64,000 nucleotides of DNA. It comes from the human T2T-CHM13v2.0 reference genome, Homo sapiens. The stretch's first letter is position 1; each line of letters opens with the position of its first letter. The stretch lies in NCBI RefSeq assembly GCF_009914755.1, contig NC_060929.1; one strand, 5' to 3'. Positions 41,400-54,767 of this stretch are shown piece after piece. The notes beneath the pieces were generated by a model that searched no databases, was not told the origin of the DNA, and worked only from the letters and a program-made list of their open reading frames with translations. Both the position numbers and the translations under genes were made by a program.

Positions 41400-42500
41400 A
41401 GAGGAGGCGGCTACAATTAGGGAGGTGAGGGACCTCACGCGCCTCTTCCTTAGAGGAGGCGGGCGAGGCGAACGGCGGAGGAGGAGAAGCGGGGGCGCTG
41501 TGCGCTCTCTGGGGCGTGGGCCGCGCTCGGGGCTGCCCACCCCTCGGGAACGAGCCGGGGCGCTCAAGGAGGCAGCGACGCGAGGCGCAGCCGGTCCAGG
41601 TTTCGCCCGCCACCGCCGTGCGGCGCCTCTGCGGGTCAGGGCCGGGGGCGCGGTCGGGGCCGGGCGGGGCCCAGGTTGGCTCGCGGGTAGGCGGCCCCGC
41701 CCCCCACATCCGGGGGCCGGGGCCGGGCTGTGGGCTTGCCGCGCGCCGGTGAGTCAGGCCGGGTTTTCCCTCCGCCTTTGGGGCAGGCGATCGAGCGCCG
41801 CGGAGCGCGTCCCTCCCTCGCCAATCCGGCTCCGGCGCCGGCGCCCGCCCGCGTTTTCCCGGCGCCTGCCGCTCCGCCGCTCCGACCCGGCACGCAGTCC
41901 CGGCCCGAGCCGACGCCTTGCAGGAGGGTTCAAATCCGCGCGGGGGAGCTGCGACGCGCAAGGGCTGCGGAGCCGCGGGCCGGCGAGCGCGTCGCCACCA
42001 TGGTAAGTGGGGCGCGCGAGAGGCTGGGGACCCGGGCTGGACTCGGGGGGTGGGGAGGGGTGGGGCGGGTCGCCAAGGTCTTGTTTTCGGGCGTCCTTGG
42101 CAAAGCTGCTGTCCCGCTGGCCGAGGCTCCCGTCTGAGAGATGGGCGGGGGTGGCAAGGTGCGGCGTGCGCCCAGGTGTCCCCTGCTCCCGGTCACCGAG
42201 GCACCGGATCGGGGACCGACCCCGATGCTCCGCTGGAGGGGCAGGCGGCAGGCTACCTTGCTCTCCCCAACCCCTGCAAACGCGCTTTCCAGGGAGCAGC
42301 GCGCGGGACCCCTGCGCCACGGCTGGGTGGGGCAGGCGTCCTTGGCGCCGGCGTCTGACCTCGGCCTCCGCCCCCCGGCCCAGCCGCTCCCGGCAGGCCT
42401 CAGGGAGGGGCCAGGAGGAGACGCGCCTCCCACCCCGCCCCCCAGGTAGCTCCGGGACCTCCCGCAGCTTTGGGGAACCCTCGCCTTCACCCCTGCTTTC
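41400..42500 (+). promoter_or_regulatory. N4BP3: CpG-island promoter and non-coding exon 1 of N4BP3 (exon ends at 42002)
   Basis: Very high GC and CpG density, several GC boxes, TGAGTCA at 41750, CCAAT at 41821, consensus donor ATG|GTAAGT at 42003. The exact TSS cannot be read from sequence. Confidence 0.9.
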
Positions 42501-45500
42501 CTGACACAAATTCCGTGGGGATGCAACCTCGTTTGCCCCTCTGACTTCCCCATGAGATCTCTCGCTTCCTCCCACACCTCCTTTATCCCCCAACCCCCTG
42601 CCGGTCCACCAGGCTGCAGCTGCGGGTCTGCGGGTAGGGGACATTCCTAGGTCTTGACCGCCAGAGCACCCGGTCCAGTCCCGGCCACAGCCTTTGGCCC
42701 AAGTGAGGGCTGGCCTGGGGACAAGCCGAAATCAGGGCCCTGGCTGTATCCAGAAAGAGAACTGAGACCCGTTGCCTCCCACTGGGCCACCCCCCGACCC
42801 CAACCACATAGGAACAGATTGGGCCTGGCTGTCCTCGGGAGGGAGCGGACGCAGGAGGCCATCCTGGGCGCGGTTATCAGCCTCCTCCCAGGGCCCTCCC
42901 AGGCAGGGCTTCTCTACCGGCTGGCAGCGTGTGGTGTGCATGTGCCAGACTGTGAATGAATGCGGCCAGCCTGCCTCTGCCACCGCCTCTAGAGCTAGCA
43001 TAGCGACTCGGAGTCCCCATGAGGCAGGTTTCCTCTATTTCTTCCTGACCTGGGGGGCAGCAGGAGGGATTCCAGGCCTGGTGGACCGCAGTCTAGGGCA
43101 GCCTGGTTGCAGGTGTCCTTGGGAGAAACAGGCATGGAGGGCTGGGCAGACATATATGCAATACATACACAGCAGTGTGTGCCCATGGAGGGGAACCCGT
43201 GACCCCTGGCTTAGGACAACCTGCTGAGGTAGAAAGGACCTTGCCCAGGGAGTTGAGATTGCTTCTCACTGTGGGATCTTGGATAACTCACCTCGCCTTC
43301 CGAGGCCTCAGTTTCCCGATCTGTAAAATGGCGTGAGGGTAATTACTGTCCTGTTTGCCCCCACGAGGCTATTGTGGAGATGAAATGAGATAATGAAATA
43401 GAAGGGCTGAGAAAAAACTGTAGACTGCGGTGCAGCCGTGAAGCACTATATGGTGATACTAAGCACCACTTCCGCAGGCTTTAGCCCCTGTCTCTGCCTC
43501 AAGTGTCTGTCACAGAGGGGATGGGGTGGGCCAGCCTCTCCCAGCCCCTCTCTGGGCCCCCCTTGCCTACTACCCCCCCCTTTTGGAGCTGGGACATTCC
43601 AGTCCCATTCCTTAGGGGCAGCTGCAGACACGCCCCTTAGCAGAGCTGATCCCCCAGCAGGTGGTGGGACCTTTCCCTGGGGCCAGGGCTCAGGAGGGGC
43701 TGACTGTAGCCAGGGCAGGCAGCACTCCTGCCCATGTGGGGACTGGAATGTCCCACCCCAGAGGAGATGCAAGGTGGGATCCGAGAGGACTTCTAATCCT
43801 GGAGCCTGTGTGCTTTCTCCCCTGCGGCTGAACGTGACCTTAGGCGTGTTACTTCACTTTCTGAACCTCAGTTTCCTCTTGTGAAGTGGGGGATGACAGA
43901 ACTCATCTCCTGTGTGTCTTGTGAGGATGTGATAGTGCCCTTTGGCGTGACCCAAAAGGGCACCAACAGGCTCTGGGACGCCCCCCTCAAAGAAAGCGCG
44001 TCCTCTCCTTCTTTGCTTCCTGGCCAGGGCAGCTGTGTCTTCCATCTCCACCAAGGATTGGTCCGAAAGCAATTCCTCTCCGTGTTCAGAGATTCCAGTG
44101 CTGCCTGCTAATCTTGGGGACTGGAGAGGGGTGAGGGGACTGGTGGCGGGGAGCAGGAGTGAAGAGGCCTTACTGGGGCTAGCCAGGACCTGTGGAGAAT
44201 GTGGCTTGAATGTCCCAGCCCAAATCTAGCCAGCTGTGTGGCTGGGGGTTTGCCGCTCCCAGCTCAGGGAAGCCCAGGCACTTGGCTTGTCCCCTACCCT
44301 TCTCTCCACGACCCGTGCAGGGTCCCCGGCTTTTTGCTCTGATGTTCCAGTGAGGCTGCAAGGCACTTGCTGTCCTCCCTCCCTCCTCCCCCACCAAATC
44401 CCCTCCGCCTGCACAGCTGCCCTGCCCAGCTGCCCTGCCCGGAGCAGGCAATCCCTGGGCTTCCAAGCAACAGGAAGGAAGGAATGTATGTGTTGGGGGA
44501 GGGGGTGGAGGTAGGATGGACCCCTTTAGGAAAAGAGACTGTCCCCACTCTGTGACATACGCAGGGAGGAGTGTCCTGAAAGCTGGGGGCCCCCGCCCTG
44601 CTGGGGGAGCTGATAATCCAGTCAGAGAAGTCAGCCAGGAGGGGCACAGTGGGGACGGTGGGGGGCCTAAGGAGAGACAAAGGGAAGGGGCTGTCTGCTG
44701 CTCCTTCACTAGCCTGGGGGCTGGGAAGGACACTAGGTCATCATGCCACTGGGCTGCTCCTGCTTTGTCAGTGTGTCCTGTGGGTGACCTTGTGCACAGC
44801 TGTATGATTGTGTTTGCTGCTGGACGTGACCGTCTGCACCGTGTCCTCTAACATGGGCTCTCTGTGCTGCTGGGTGGGGCTGACATGTGGCACACCGTGG
44901 CGTGTGTGGTTGTACGCGCTGTTGCGGCCGGTGGCTACCTCTAGCTCAGGGACTTTCCCTGGACCTGCGATGCCTCGTGGGGAACCTGGGGGTCGGTTAT
45001 CTCCTCGAGACAGGAAGTGAGCATCTGCCCACCGGAAGCTGAGGCGGTGTGCATTTGGGGTGAGGTGGGCGTATTTGGCACTGCTGCCAACGTCCCCGCC
45101 CCCAGGGCCACACAGGGCTTACATTTCATAAGCCCTTTCCCCTCCATCTCTGACTGTCAGTAATCCTTTGAGGAAAGCCGGGCAGGCGGGGTCTTTCCCA
45201 CTTCATTTTTTTTTCCTTTTTAAAAATAAATAGAGATGGGGTCTCGCTATGTTGCTAAGGGTGGTTTCAAACTCCTGGGGTCAAGTGATCCTCCTGCCTC
45301 AGCCTCCCAAAGTGCTGGGATTACAGGTGTGAGCCACCATGCCTGGCCCTTTCCCGCTTCAGAGATGCAGAAACTGAGGCATGGCAAAAGGCGGAGCATT
45401 TGTGTCTGGGGTCCCCTGGAGAGAGTGAGGGCAGGCTGGAGAGCAGGTCTCTGCTGTCCCCTCCCCAAGAAGCAGCAACAGGAGTTGAGCGTGCTTGTGG

Positions 45501-47076
45501 ACAAACCACATCTCTGGCTGGATGGGCTTGTCGTGGCAAGGAGGTATCAGATGAGGAGGCAGGATGCTTCCATTCTAATACTTTTGGCTGTAGGGACCAA
45601 TCCTAGGTCCCACTAGACATTGGGCAGCCATGACCAGCTACGACCTTGGGCAAGTCACTTCACCTTTCTGAGCCCCACTGACCTTTAAGAAGGGTCAATA
45701 GCTGGGCACAGTGTCACGCACCTGTGTTTTTAGCTACTCAGGAGGCTGAAGTGGGAAGATGGCTTGATCCTAGGAGTTCGAGGCTGCAGTGGGCCATGGT
45801 TGCACTACTGTAGTCCAGCCTGGGTGACAGAGTGAAGAGCAAGACCCTGTCTCAAAAAAAAAAAAAAAAAAAAAAAAGGAAGGGACAATAACTCTGTCAC
45901 AGGACTCAGCAGGACCCGTATGCAGGGCCAAGTCGCTGTAGGAACCCATCCCCTGTGATTCCTTACCTGGATGCATCTCCTATGTAGCCTGCAACGTGCG
46001 TTCTCAGGGGCTGGGCTGGGTGGGGTGTGCAAACCCGGATTCGCCCCATCCTGGGTTTGGGGGTTGGTTGGGGGAGAGCTGAGGTCATTTTTGCACAGGG
46101 TGAGGTGAGGCTGTGGGGTTGGGGCAGGTCCCCCTCCCGGAGAGCTTTGTCTTCCACAAACACAAAACCTGGAAATGGTTGAGGAAGATGGAACCTCCTA
46201 ACGACCATTGTTCGGGGGCAGGAGTGGGTGCCCGGAAGCATGGGTGGTAGTAGGGGACCCACAGCTGCAGCTGGCCTGCTGGGCTTCTGTTCGAGAATGG
46301 GAGCAGCTGCTCAGGGGTGGGAGGCAGAGAAGGTGGCATTCGTTCACTCGGCCAGACCTTTCTGCACGCCCGCTCCATGCTGGGCACTGGGCTGTGCAGA
46401 GGATCCCCAGGGGACTAGGTACCAGCCCTGCCTCCAGAGTGTGTGGCCCAGCACAGGTGGAAGGTGGTCCGTCAGCCTAGTCCCTTGGTGATGTTTGTGT
46501 GCCTGGCTGAGCTCGGCTCCAGCCAGCCTGTTGACCCTGGCTGTGGCCCAGGCCCTGAACTGGGTGCTCTGTCATGTTATCCCACCCCATCCTCCCAGCA
46601 TCCCAGTGATAAGTGTTATTGTCGCCAGGGTGTGTGTGCGGAAGTCCAGGCTCACTGAGGTTAGTGGCTTGGCCGGGGTCACACACCGATTGGTTCCGCC
46701 AGGGTTAGGATTTGGGACCCACCCTGCCGGGTGGTGGGCTTTGGAATAAGAGCATATACAGGGGCTGGAGTGAGTCCAGCTGCCCCTTCCCTCCTCCACC
46801 CACCACTGCCCAGACGGGAACACCTGTCCCGGAAACTGTGGCCATTGTTCACGTCATCCTTCCTCCTTTTGGGCCCTTCCTGTTTGTATCCCTCCCACTG
46901 TAGCCCCCAACCCTCCCCCCCATGCCAGATGTTTCCCTTGGGGAGCTTTGCCCTTTGCAGGAAGAGGGCCTGCAGGGGTTACCCCTCTCCCATGGGAAGG
47001 AGGGTCTCACTGGCCTTGGGTCTCTGTGCCTTCTCCCCACCCCACAGATTTGGTGGGGAACATGGCAGGAGGGTAA

Positions 47077-47340
<264 letters not shown>

Positions 47341-47823
47341 TGATCTGCCTGCCTTAGCCTCCCAAAGTGCTGGGATTACAGGCGTGAGCCACCGCGCCCA
47401 GCCAAGTTTGTCTTCCTTAGCCCTGTGCGGGCCCAGTGCTGGGAGGACGGCTCCTGTCCTGCTGCTTCCAGGCCTATCCCCTCCCGGTACTTCTGAATCC
47501 CACACAGGCCCCGAGGTGGAGCTGGCCCTTCGGTGCTCGGCTGGGGCACCATTGCTCTTCCTTAGACTCAGTCCAGCAAGTGACAGATGGGCAGGTGGCT
47601 TTGGGGCTTGTACTTCTTTCTCTTGCCAGTCTAGGGATCCTGTCCCGGGGTTCTCTCTTGGACCCACATCTGCCTTACCTGGGCCTGGGCAAGGTTGTGG
47701 GGAGCTACAGGGAGCAAGTACCTTGTTTTCAGGCCCCAGGGAAGTTGGGCAGCCAGTGCTCACCTGCCCCTAATGGAGCCTCCCAATTCCCAGAAGCAGC
47801 TGCCTGTACCCTGTTGAAACTTC

Positions 47824-48153
47824 ATGGCCACAGCCCCAGGCCCTGCTGGCATTGCCATGGGCAGCGTGGGCAGCCTGTTGGAACGGCAGGACTTCTCCCC
47901 TGAAGAGCTGCGGGCGGCACTTGCCGGGTCTCGGGGCTCCCGCCAGCCTGATGGGCTCCTCCGGAAGGGCTTGGGCCAGCGTGAGTTCCTCAGCTACCTG
48001 CACCTCCCCAAGAAGGACAGCAAGAGCACCAAGAACACCAAGCGGGCCCCTCGGAACGAGCCTGCCGACTATGCCACCCTCTACTACCGGGAACATTCTC
48101 GCGCGGGTGACTTCAGCAAGACCTCGCTGCCAGAACGGGGTCGCTTTGACAAG
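47824..48153 (+). CDS. N4BP3: N4BP3 coding exon 2 (aa 1-110), NEDD4-binding protein 3, LZTS/Fezzin family
   Basis: Translates MATAPGPAGIAMGSVGSLLERQDFSPEEL...PERGRFDK. Acceptor ttcccag before 47794; donor AAG|gtgcac after 48153; 330 nt, phase 0. Confidence 0.97.
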
Positions 48154-48417
48154 GTGCACCTTTGCCCATGCCCCTTACAAGGTGTGGGGAGGGTGGGGTC
48201 TCCTTGGAGACCCTGATGTTGGGATGGGGTGGGGACGGGGCATGCTGAGATACGAAAATCGTGCTATGGGCTGGCCTGAGGTTTGTTCACTGCCTCCTGG
48301 TGGCACGTGCCCCGCGGTCTCAAAGAGGATCCCTCAGGGGCTGTGAGAGCATCAGGAGGTAGAGCAGGCAGCTGCCCAGGTCTCACACCTGCCCTCTCTG
48401 CCCTCTCTTCCTGGCAG

Positions 48418-48939
48418 TGCCGCATTCGCCCCTCAGTGTTCAAGCCTACGGCGGGCAACGGGAAAGGCTTCCTATCCATGCAAAGCCTGGCGTCCCACAA
48501 AGGCCAGAAGCTGTGGCGCAGCAATGGCAGCCTGCACACGCTGGCCTGCCACCCGCCCCTGAGCCCCGGGCCCCAGGCCAGCCAGGCCCGGGCACAGCTG
48601 CTGCACGCCCTCAGCCTAGATGAGGGCGGCCCTGAGCCCGAGCCCAGCCTGTCCGACTCCTCCAGTGGGGGTAGTTTTGGTCGCAGTCCTGGTACTGGCC
48701 CTAGCCCCTTCAGCTCCTCCCTTGGCCACCTTAACCACCTCGGGGGCTCCCTGGACCGGGCCTCTCAAGGACCCAAGGAGGCTGGGCCACCAGCTGTGCT
48801 GAGCTGCCTGCCCGAGCCACCACCCCCCTACGAGTTCTCCTGCTCCTCTGCCGAGGAAATGGGAGCCGTGCTGCCCGAGACCTGTGAGGAGCTCAAGAGG
48901 GGCCTTGGCGATGAGGACGGCTCCAACCCCTTCACGCAG
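48418..48939 (+). CDS. N4BP3: N4BP3 coding exon 3 (aa 111-284), contains the PPxY motif
   Basis: ctggcag|TGC acceptor, CAG|gtgagg donor, 522 nt. Translates CRIRPSVFKP...PEPPPPYEF...NPFTQ; PEPPPPY at 48811-48831 fits a WW-domain (NEDD4) ligand. Confidence 0.97.
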
Positions 48940-49337
48940 GTGAGGGAGCCCCTGCCCTGGAGTCCTGTTCTGTGCCTCAGCACTGGGGTACAGGCCAGAG
49001 AGAGGGGCCCCAGCCAGTTCACCCACGTGGCCGTGGACACAAGAGAGCAAGAAAGGGGGAGCTGGCTTGGCTTCCTTCCTCTGCATCCCAGGTGGTGGGG
49101 ATGTCATGTCACTGGGGGTCCTTGCCTGGGAGTTGTGTGGGAAGGAGAGAGGCTCCCTGGGAGGGCCATGTGATGGGGACACCTCACCCTGGAGGGCATC
49201 CCGGGTTAAAGCGCATGTGTGGCTGGGTCCTGTGGTGTAGGGGCACAGGATATGATCAGTGGCTGGAGTATCAGGTGGAGCTCTGAGTCGCCTCTAGGGG
49301 GCAGGGCCACGGTGGATGCATCTCTTCCCCTTGACAG

Positions 49338-49592
49338 GTGCTGGAGGAGCGCCAGCGGCTGTGGCTGGCTGAGCTGAAGCGCCTGTATGTGGAGCGGCTG
49401 CACGAGGTGACCCAGAAGGCTGAGCGCAGCGAGCGCAACCTCCAGCTGCAGCTGTTTATGGCTCAGCAGGAGCAGCGGCGCCTGCGCAAGGAGCTGCGGG
49501 CTCAGCAGGGCCTGGCTCCGGAGCCTCGGGCCCCCGGCACCCTCCCAGAGGCTGACCCCAGTGCACGACCAGAGGAGGAAGCCCGATGGGAG
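49338..49592 (+). CDS. N4BP3: N4BP3 coding exon 4 (aa 285-369), coiled coil
   Basis: ttgacag|GTG acceptor, GAG|gtgaga donor, 255 nt. Translates VLEERQRLWLAELKRLY...EEARWE. Confidence 0.97.
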
Positions 49593-49713
49593 GTGAGAGA
49601 TGACACAGGGCTCCGAGACTCTCCCATCTCCATTGCCGGTCCCTTCTTCTGCCTGCCCCCTCCCAAACCGGCTCCCCACACCCTACTTTGCTTGCGTCCT
49701 CCCCATCCCCCAG

Positions 49714-50241
49714 GTGTGCCAGAAGACAGCAGAGATTAGCCTCTTGAAGCAGCAGCTGCGTGAAGCCCAGGCGGAACTGGCCCAGAAGCTGGCGGAGATC
49801 TTCAGTCTGAAGACACAACTTCGGGGCAGCCGGGCACAAGCCCAGGCTCAGGACGCAGAGCTGGTCCGGCTGCGCGAGGCTGTGCGCAGCCTGCAGGAGC
49901 AGGCCCCTCGGGAGGAAGCCCCAGGCAGCTGTGAGACTGATGACTGCAAGAGCAGGGGCCTGCTAGGGGAGGCAGGAGGCAGCGAGGCCAGAGACAGTGC
50001 TGAGCAGCTGCGGGCTGAGCTGCTGCAGGAGCGACTTCGGGGCCAGGAGCAGGCGCTGCGCTTTGAGCAGGAGCGGCGGACTTGGCAGGAGGAGAAGGAG
50101 CGCGTGCTGCGCTACCAGCGGGAGATCCAGGGAGGGTACATGGACATGTACCGCCGCAACCAGGCACTGGAGCAGGAACTGCGGGCACTGCGGGAGCCCC
50201 CCACACCCTGGAGTCCCCGGCTCGAGTCCTCCAAGATCTGA
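49714..50241 (+). CDS. N4BP3: N4BP3 last coding exon (aa 370-544), Fez1-type coiled coil with C-terminal ESSKI
   Basis: ccccag|GTG acceptor; VCQKTAEISLLKQQLRE...EKERVLRYQ...LESSKI*. The four exons sum to 110+174+85+175 = 544 aa with consistent phase 0. The C-terminal S-K-I fits a class I PDZ ligand. Confidence 0.97.
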   Translation: MCQKTAEISLLKQQLREAQAELAQKLAEIFSLKTQLRGSRAQAQAQDAELVRLREAVRSLQEQAPREEAPGSCETDDCKSRGLLGEAGGSEARDSAEQLRAELLQERLRGQEQALRFEQERRTWQEEKERVLRYQREIQGGYMDMYRRNQALEQELRALREPPTPWSPRLESSKI

Positions 50242-53200
50242 GGCCAGCAGAGCGAGCTGACAGCAGCAACACTGTCAGAAGGTGCCCTGAGACGGCCGGC
50301 TCAGCCTTCCCTTGCACTGGTTGGGGTGGAACCTGCAGAGGCCAGCCCGGGGCTGGGGAGGCGCAAGGAGAGGAGGGATCCAGTGGGGCCGTGGGCTGGG
50401 TAGGGTGCCTTGGCAGGAGCCAGGACAAGGCCCTCCTGGCAGAGGAGCACCTAGGCAGGGCCCAGCCCTGCTTCCTGGAGTGGATGTGGCCCAGAGAAGG
50501 AGGCTGGGGGATCACCAGCCCCAAGGTCCCGAAGGGCAGGTCAGAGGGAGAGAGGCTGGAGACCTGGGCTGGGGCCTTCCTCCAGGGAAGGAGGCTGGGG
50601 TGGGAACACTGGCCTCCCCCAGAATAAAACCATGTTTTCTACCAGAGGCTCAGAATACGCTGAGCCTGTGACCAGAGGATGATGGATGGTCGGGATTGAG
50701 GCTGTTGACCTGGGCAGTAGCTCCTCCCATGGCCAGTGGTCAGTGGGAGGGTGTGCCCTGCGCCTGTCTGCATGGCCACTGGGCATGTGTGTTGGGAGCA
50801 GAGGAGTCCTACTCCTTGCCTCAGCCCCACACGGTTCCTTAGCTGCCGTGTGGGCTGAAATTCCTTTCTTTAGCACCAGTGGAGTTTTCAGAAGGAACAA
50901 CACCAGGGAATGCCAAAAAAACAAAGGGCAAGTCAACCAAGGCATTTTGAGAACATGAAATGTCTTCTTGGTGGGAAGGCTGGGCCCCAGGAGTATCCAC
51001 AGGCTCAGGCCATGCCCCTCCCCGCACCCACCTCCTGTCTCCCTCCCTCCCTCCATAGGAGTGGGGGGCCCCTAGAAGTGCTCTGCCTCATTCCCTGTTC
51101 GTAGGAAGGTGCAGGAGAGGAGGTGGGCAAGCTTATGGGTTTCTTGGTAAAGAGCCTTTACCACAGCAAGGAATGGGAACATTTCCCCATCAGCAACGGG
51201 GCTCTAGGGCATTATTAAGTAGGGGTGAAATATGATTGATTTGCATTCTGGAAAGCTCTCCCAGGAGGAAGCATTCCCCACCCCACCTTGCCTCTGTCCT
51301 GCGCTGGGCTCCAGGACGGTCAGTCCTCCCAGATCCCTGCTCTCAGCTAAGGCTGGTCCCTAAAACCCACACCTGCCTTTGGTCTCTCAGAGGCCTGGCT
51401 TGCCCTCTGGGCCTTTGCTCCCCCGCTGGGTGCCCGGCCTGGAACACAGGTTCTGTCTGGCTGTGTGAGTGGCGTCTCTCCCTTCCTTTGAGGGAAGCTC
51501 AGCTTTCTTACGCGCTCATCGTTGGACGGGCTGCCATGCATTGCGTGCTTACTGGGCGCCAGGTGCTGTGCTGGGCCCTTGTGAGTGTGGGGGCACAGGC
51601 TGAATTAGATGAGCTCCTGCCGCAGGGGGCCCTGCACACTGATGTCAGCTCACCAGTCTCTTCCCTGACAGGGCAGCTCAGGGAACTTCTGAGAAGTTAT
51701 CTGCAGAGAGCCCCCCCTCACTCCCTTTGGCTACCCTGGCCGTGCCTGGCAGCCCCTCAGGCCCCACAGGTGGGTCCTGGTTGTGAAGTGGAGTTAGTGC
51801 ACATGGATGTCAGGGGACGGGTGTGAGGCATGAGCTGGGGGGGCCCCCTTTTTCAGGGCAGAGAATGAGGCGTGTGCACTGTCTGCTGTGGGGATGGTGT
51901 GTTTATGGCCATGTAAGTGGCAGGTGTGTGTAAAGATGTGCTTGTGGGTGGTGGGTGTGTCTGAGGGGGTGTGTTTGGGAGCCTGGCCTCCAAAAGCCAG
52001 TGTCTGGGTTGGAGACAGTGCAGGCCCCTTCTTGGCCCCACCCTCTACCCCATTCCTTCCTGTCAGCCCCAGTCTGTCTTGGCACTGGCCAGGCTTGGGT
52101 GGAGCCTGTGTCCCAGACAGATCCCCTAGGCCTATCTGAGACCCATGCAGGCCCACACCTGAGCTCCTGTCTGCCTGAGGAGGGAAAGGGGGAGTGGCCA
52201 GGTCAGGCAGGCCAGTCGTCTACACACCCCCTTGGTACCCATTCCCATTTCACAAACTCCTCCAAACCCCAAACCCCAAACGGAAATCTCTGGGACAATG
52301 GCTCCTCCAGAGGGCCCCTCAGAGCCAGGTGCTGGCCAGATGCCTTGATCACAGCCTCCATGGCCAGGGGCCTGTCAAGCCAGGGGCCCACACACCTGGT
52401 GCCAGGGCCCACCTCGGTATACCAGCTCGGCAGAACAGTTCCCCACCCAGCGATTAGGGAGCTGGGCTGGCCAGTACAGCCAGTGGGGAGTGGGTGGGAG
52501 GCACCAAAACTTGGCAGCTGTGCCAGAAACCAAAGCCAGGCCCAGATGTAGGGGGAGGGCACGAGAGCTGAACCTGAGCCTGGGGCGTCTCGGAGCTGGA
52601 TCCCCGTCAGCTCATCCAGGCTGGACAAACCAGTTCCTGGGTCCCCCAGCCGGCTGGGTGGCTCTGGGGCCAACCGACCACAGGTGTCACTGATCACAGG
52701 TGTCACCGTAGTGGCTACCACCTCAGGGCAGCCCCTCCCTCCAGCTGGCGGGGCCTCAGCTTCCCAGCTGCCCTGGCTTAGCCTTCCCTGCAGCCCCTCC
52801 CCAACAGGCTTGGTCCGGGCAGCCTGCTCTGCGGAAGGTGGCAGCCTCCTGGTGCTGGGCTCCCTGCCTCTGGGGCCTCCAGTCCTTCACTCAGTGTCAT
52901 CCCTTCCAGCAGCTCCCTGGGCCTCTTGGTCCATCCCTTCAGGCTTCTGACACACTAGTGGCCTCGAGTCACTGATAGTGGTGCCTCCTCCTTACCTTGG
53001 CAAGCCCTTGTAGCCCTCTGAGCCCTCATCCTGCAGGCAGAGCCCCTCAGTGCTCTGAGAAACCTGCCCTGAACTCACCGCCTCCCCTGCCTGGGCACTC
53101 CCTCCTCCCTGCGCCCACAGCCCCCATGCCAATCTCCGTCAGCTCTTTCTGTGCTGCTGTAATTGTTGGTTTGCCTGTCTCCTTTGAGCTGTGGGCATTG

Positions 53201-54330
53201 CCGGGGTAGGGTGGTGTCTTCACCACAGCTCCAGAAGGCACTGGTGGGATGTGGAGTCAGGAGCAACCAGAGACCCCCCAATACTAGAATGGGTTTGAGC
53301 TTGGGGTGGGGTGGATGGGGAAGACTTACTCTGAATGTTCGTTCACCATCCGTGGGCACCAGGTCTGTGCCAAGCACAGGGACTCCAGGGGCAGCTGCCA
53401 TTCGTTCCAGTGATGTATTTGGGGCCTTCTCAGGTGAGGAAGCCAAGGTGGCCAAGGCCCTCGGTCCCCTGCCCTGATAGGGCTTACCTGTGGGTGGGGG
53501 AGGGAGACCACACATGTCAGAGGTAGTGAAGGCCGCTCCAAATAGTGACTGGGGCCAGGCAGGCGGAAAAGAGAACAGAAGAGAATCCAGAAGTGTTCAG
53601 ACAGAACTAGGGACAACAGAGGGGCCTCCATGGTGGCATGGGTCAGCAGAGCATGGAGCAGGCAGAGGAAGCCTATCTGTGGGGCTGGGTACATTTCTCT
53701 GAGACTCACGGAATGTAAGTGTTGAGGTTTCTGCAAAGAGGGCGCAGGCCCTGCAGTGACGGTTCAGATATTGATAACCCATCCCCCTTGGCAGGTGGGG
53801 GCTTAGGCATCCATATTGGATTCAGAAAAGAAAAAGAATGATGCTTCTTGCAACAAAAACAAAAGTGATTATGTCACGAGAGGAGAGGCTGGAGGGCCAT
53901 GGGAGTTCCCAGCTGGCTCACTCATCCGTCCAGGAGGTGGGTCTCATGGTTTCATTTTGCTTTGGGCTTACTTAGAGTTTTGGCAAATGCAGAGTTATGT
54001 AACGAACCCAACAATGAAGATACAGTTCTGTCACCCCCCCAGCATTCTCCTGTGGCCCTCTAGTCCACCCCCCGCCCCACCCCAGCCCCTGGCAACCACT
54101 GATCTGCTTTCACAATAACCGTATGGGGTTTTTTCTCTTTCCTTTTTTGTGAGCGGTATTTAATTCCTTTGCTCTAATATGTAATATTAGAACATATTAC
54201 AAAGTAGCAAGAAAAATACGACATTGGTGTAAAAATAATCTACACCTCATGGAAAGAATGAAGAGCCAGAAATAGATTCTATTCTGTAGAAAATCTTACA
54301 CAATAAAGGACTTCAAAATAAGGGTAAGGA
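50242..54330 (+). other. N4BP3: N4BP3 3' UTR region with proximal and candidate distal polyadenylation signals
   Basis: AATAAA at 50623-50628 and 54302-54307, with ~4 kb of Alu-free sequence between them. The distal end is inferred. Confidence 0.6.
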
Positions 54331-54767
54331 AGGATGCTTTAACAAGTGGTGCTGGGATAACTGGATAAAAATTTGGGAAAAAAGTCATACTATGTGCCAC
54401 CCCTGCATTTATTTTATTATTTTATTTTATTTATTTTTTTGAGATGGAGTCTCACTGTGTTGCCCAGGAGTGCAGTGGCGTGACCTCAGCTCACTGCAAC
54501 CTCCGCCTCCCGAGTTCAAGCAGTTCTGCCTCAGCCTCCTGAGTAGCTGAGACTACAGGCGCCTGCCACGACGCCTGGCTAATTTTTTGTATTTTTAGTA
54601 CAGACAGGATTTCACCATGTTAGCCAGGATGGTCTCGATCTCCTAACCTCGTGATCCACCCGCCTCAGCCTCCCAAAGTGCTCGGATTATGGGCGTGGGC
54701 CACGGCGCTTGGCCCACCCCTGCATTTATTGAGTTAAATTTTAAAAATCCTATCCTAGGAAATTGGT

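Noticed and set aside
41314-42644. Long Arg/Gly/Pro/Ala-rich ORFs on both strands
   Set aside because: Stop-codon depletion in a CpG island; no recognisable protein.
48616-50524. Antisense ORFs over N4BP3 exons
   Set aside because: Shadow frames of GC-rich coding sequence.
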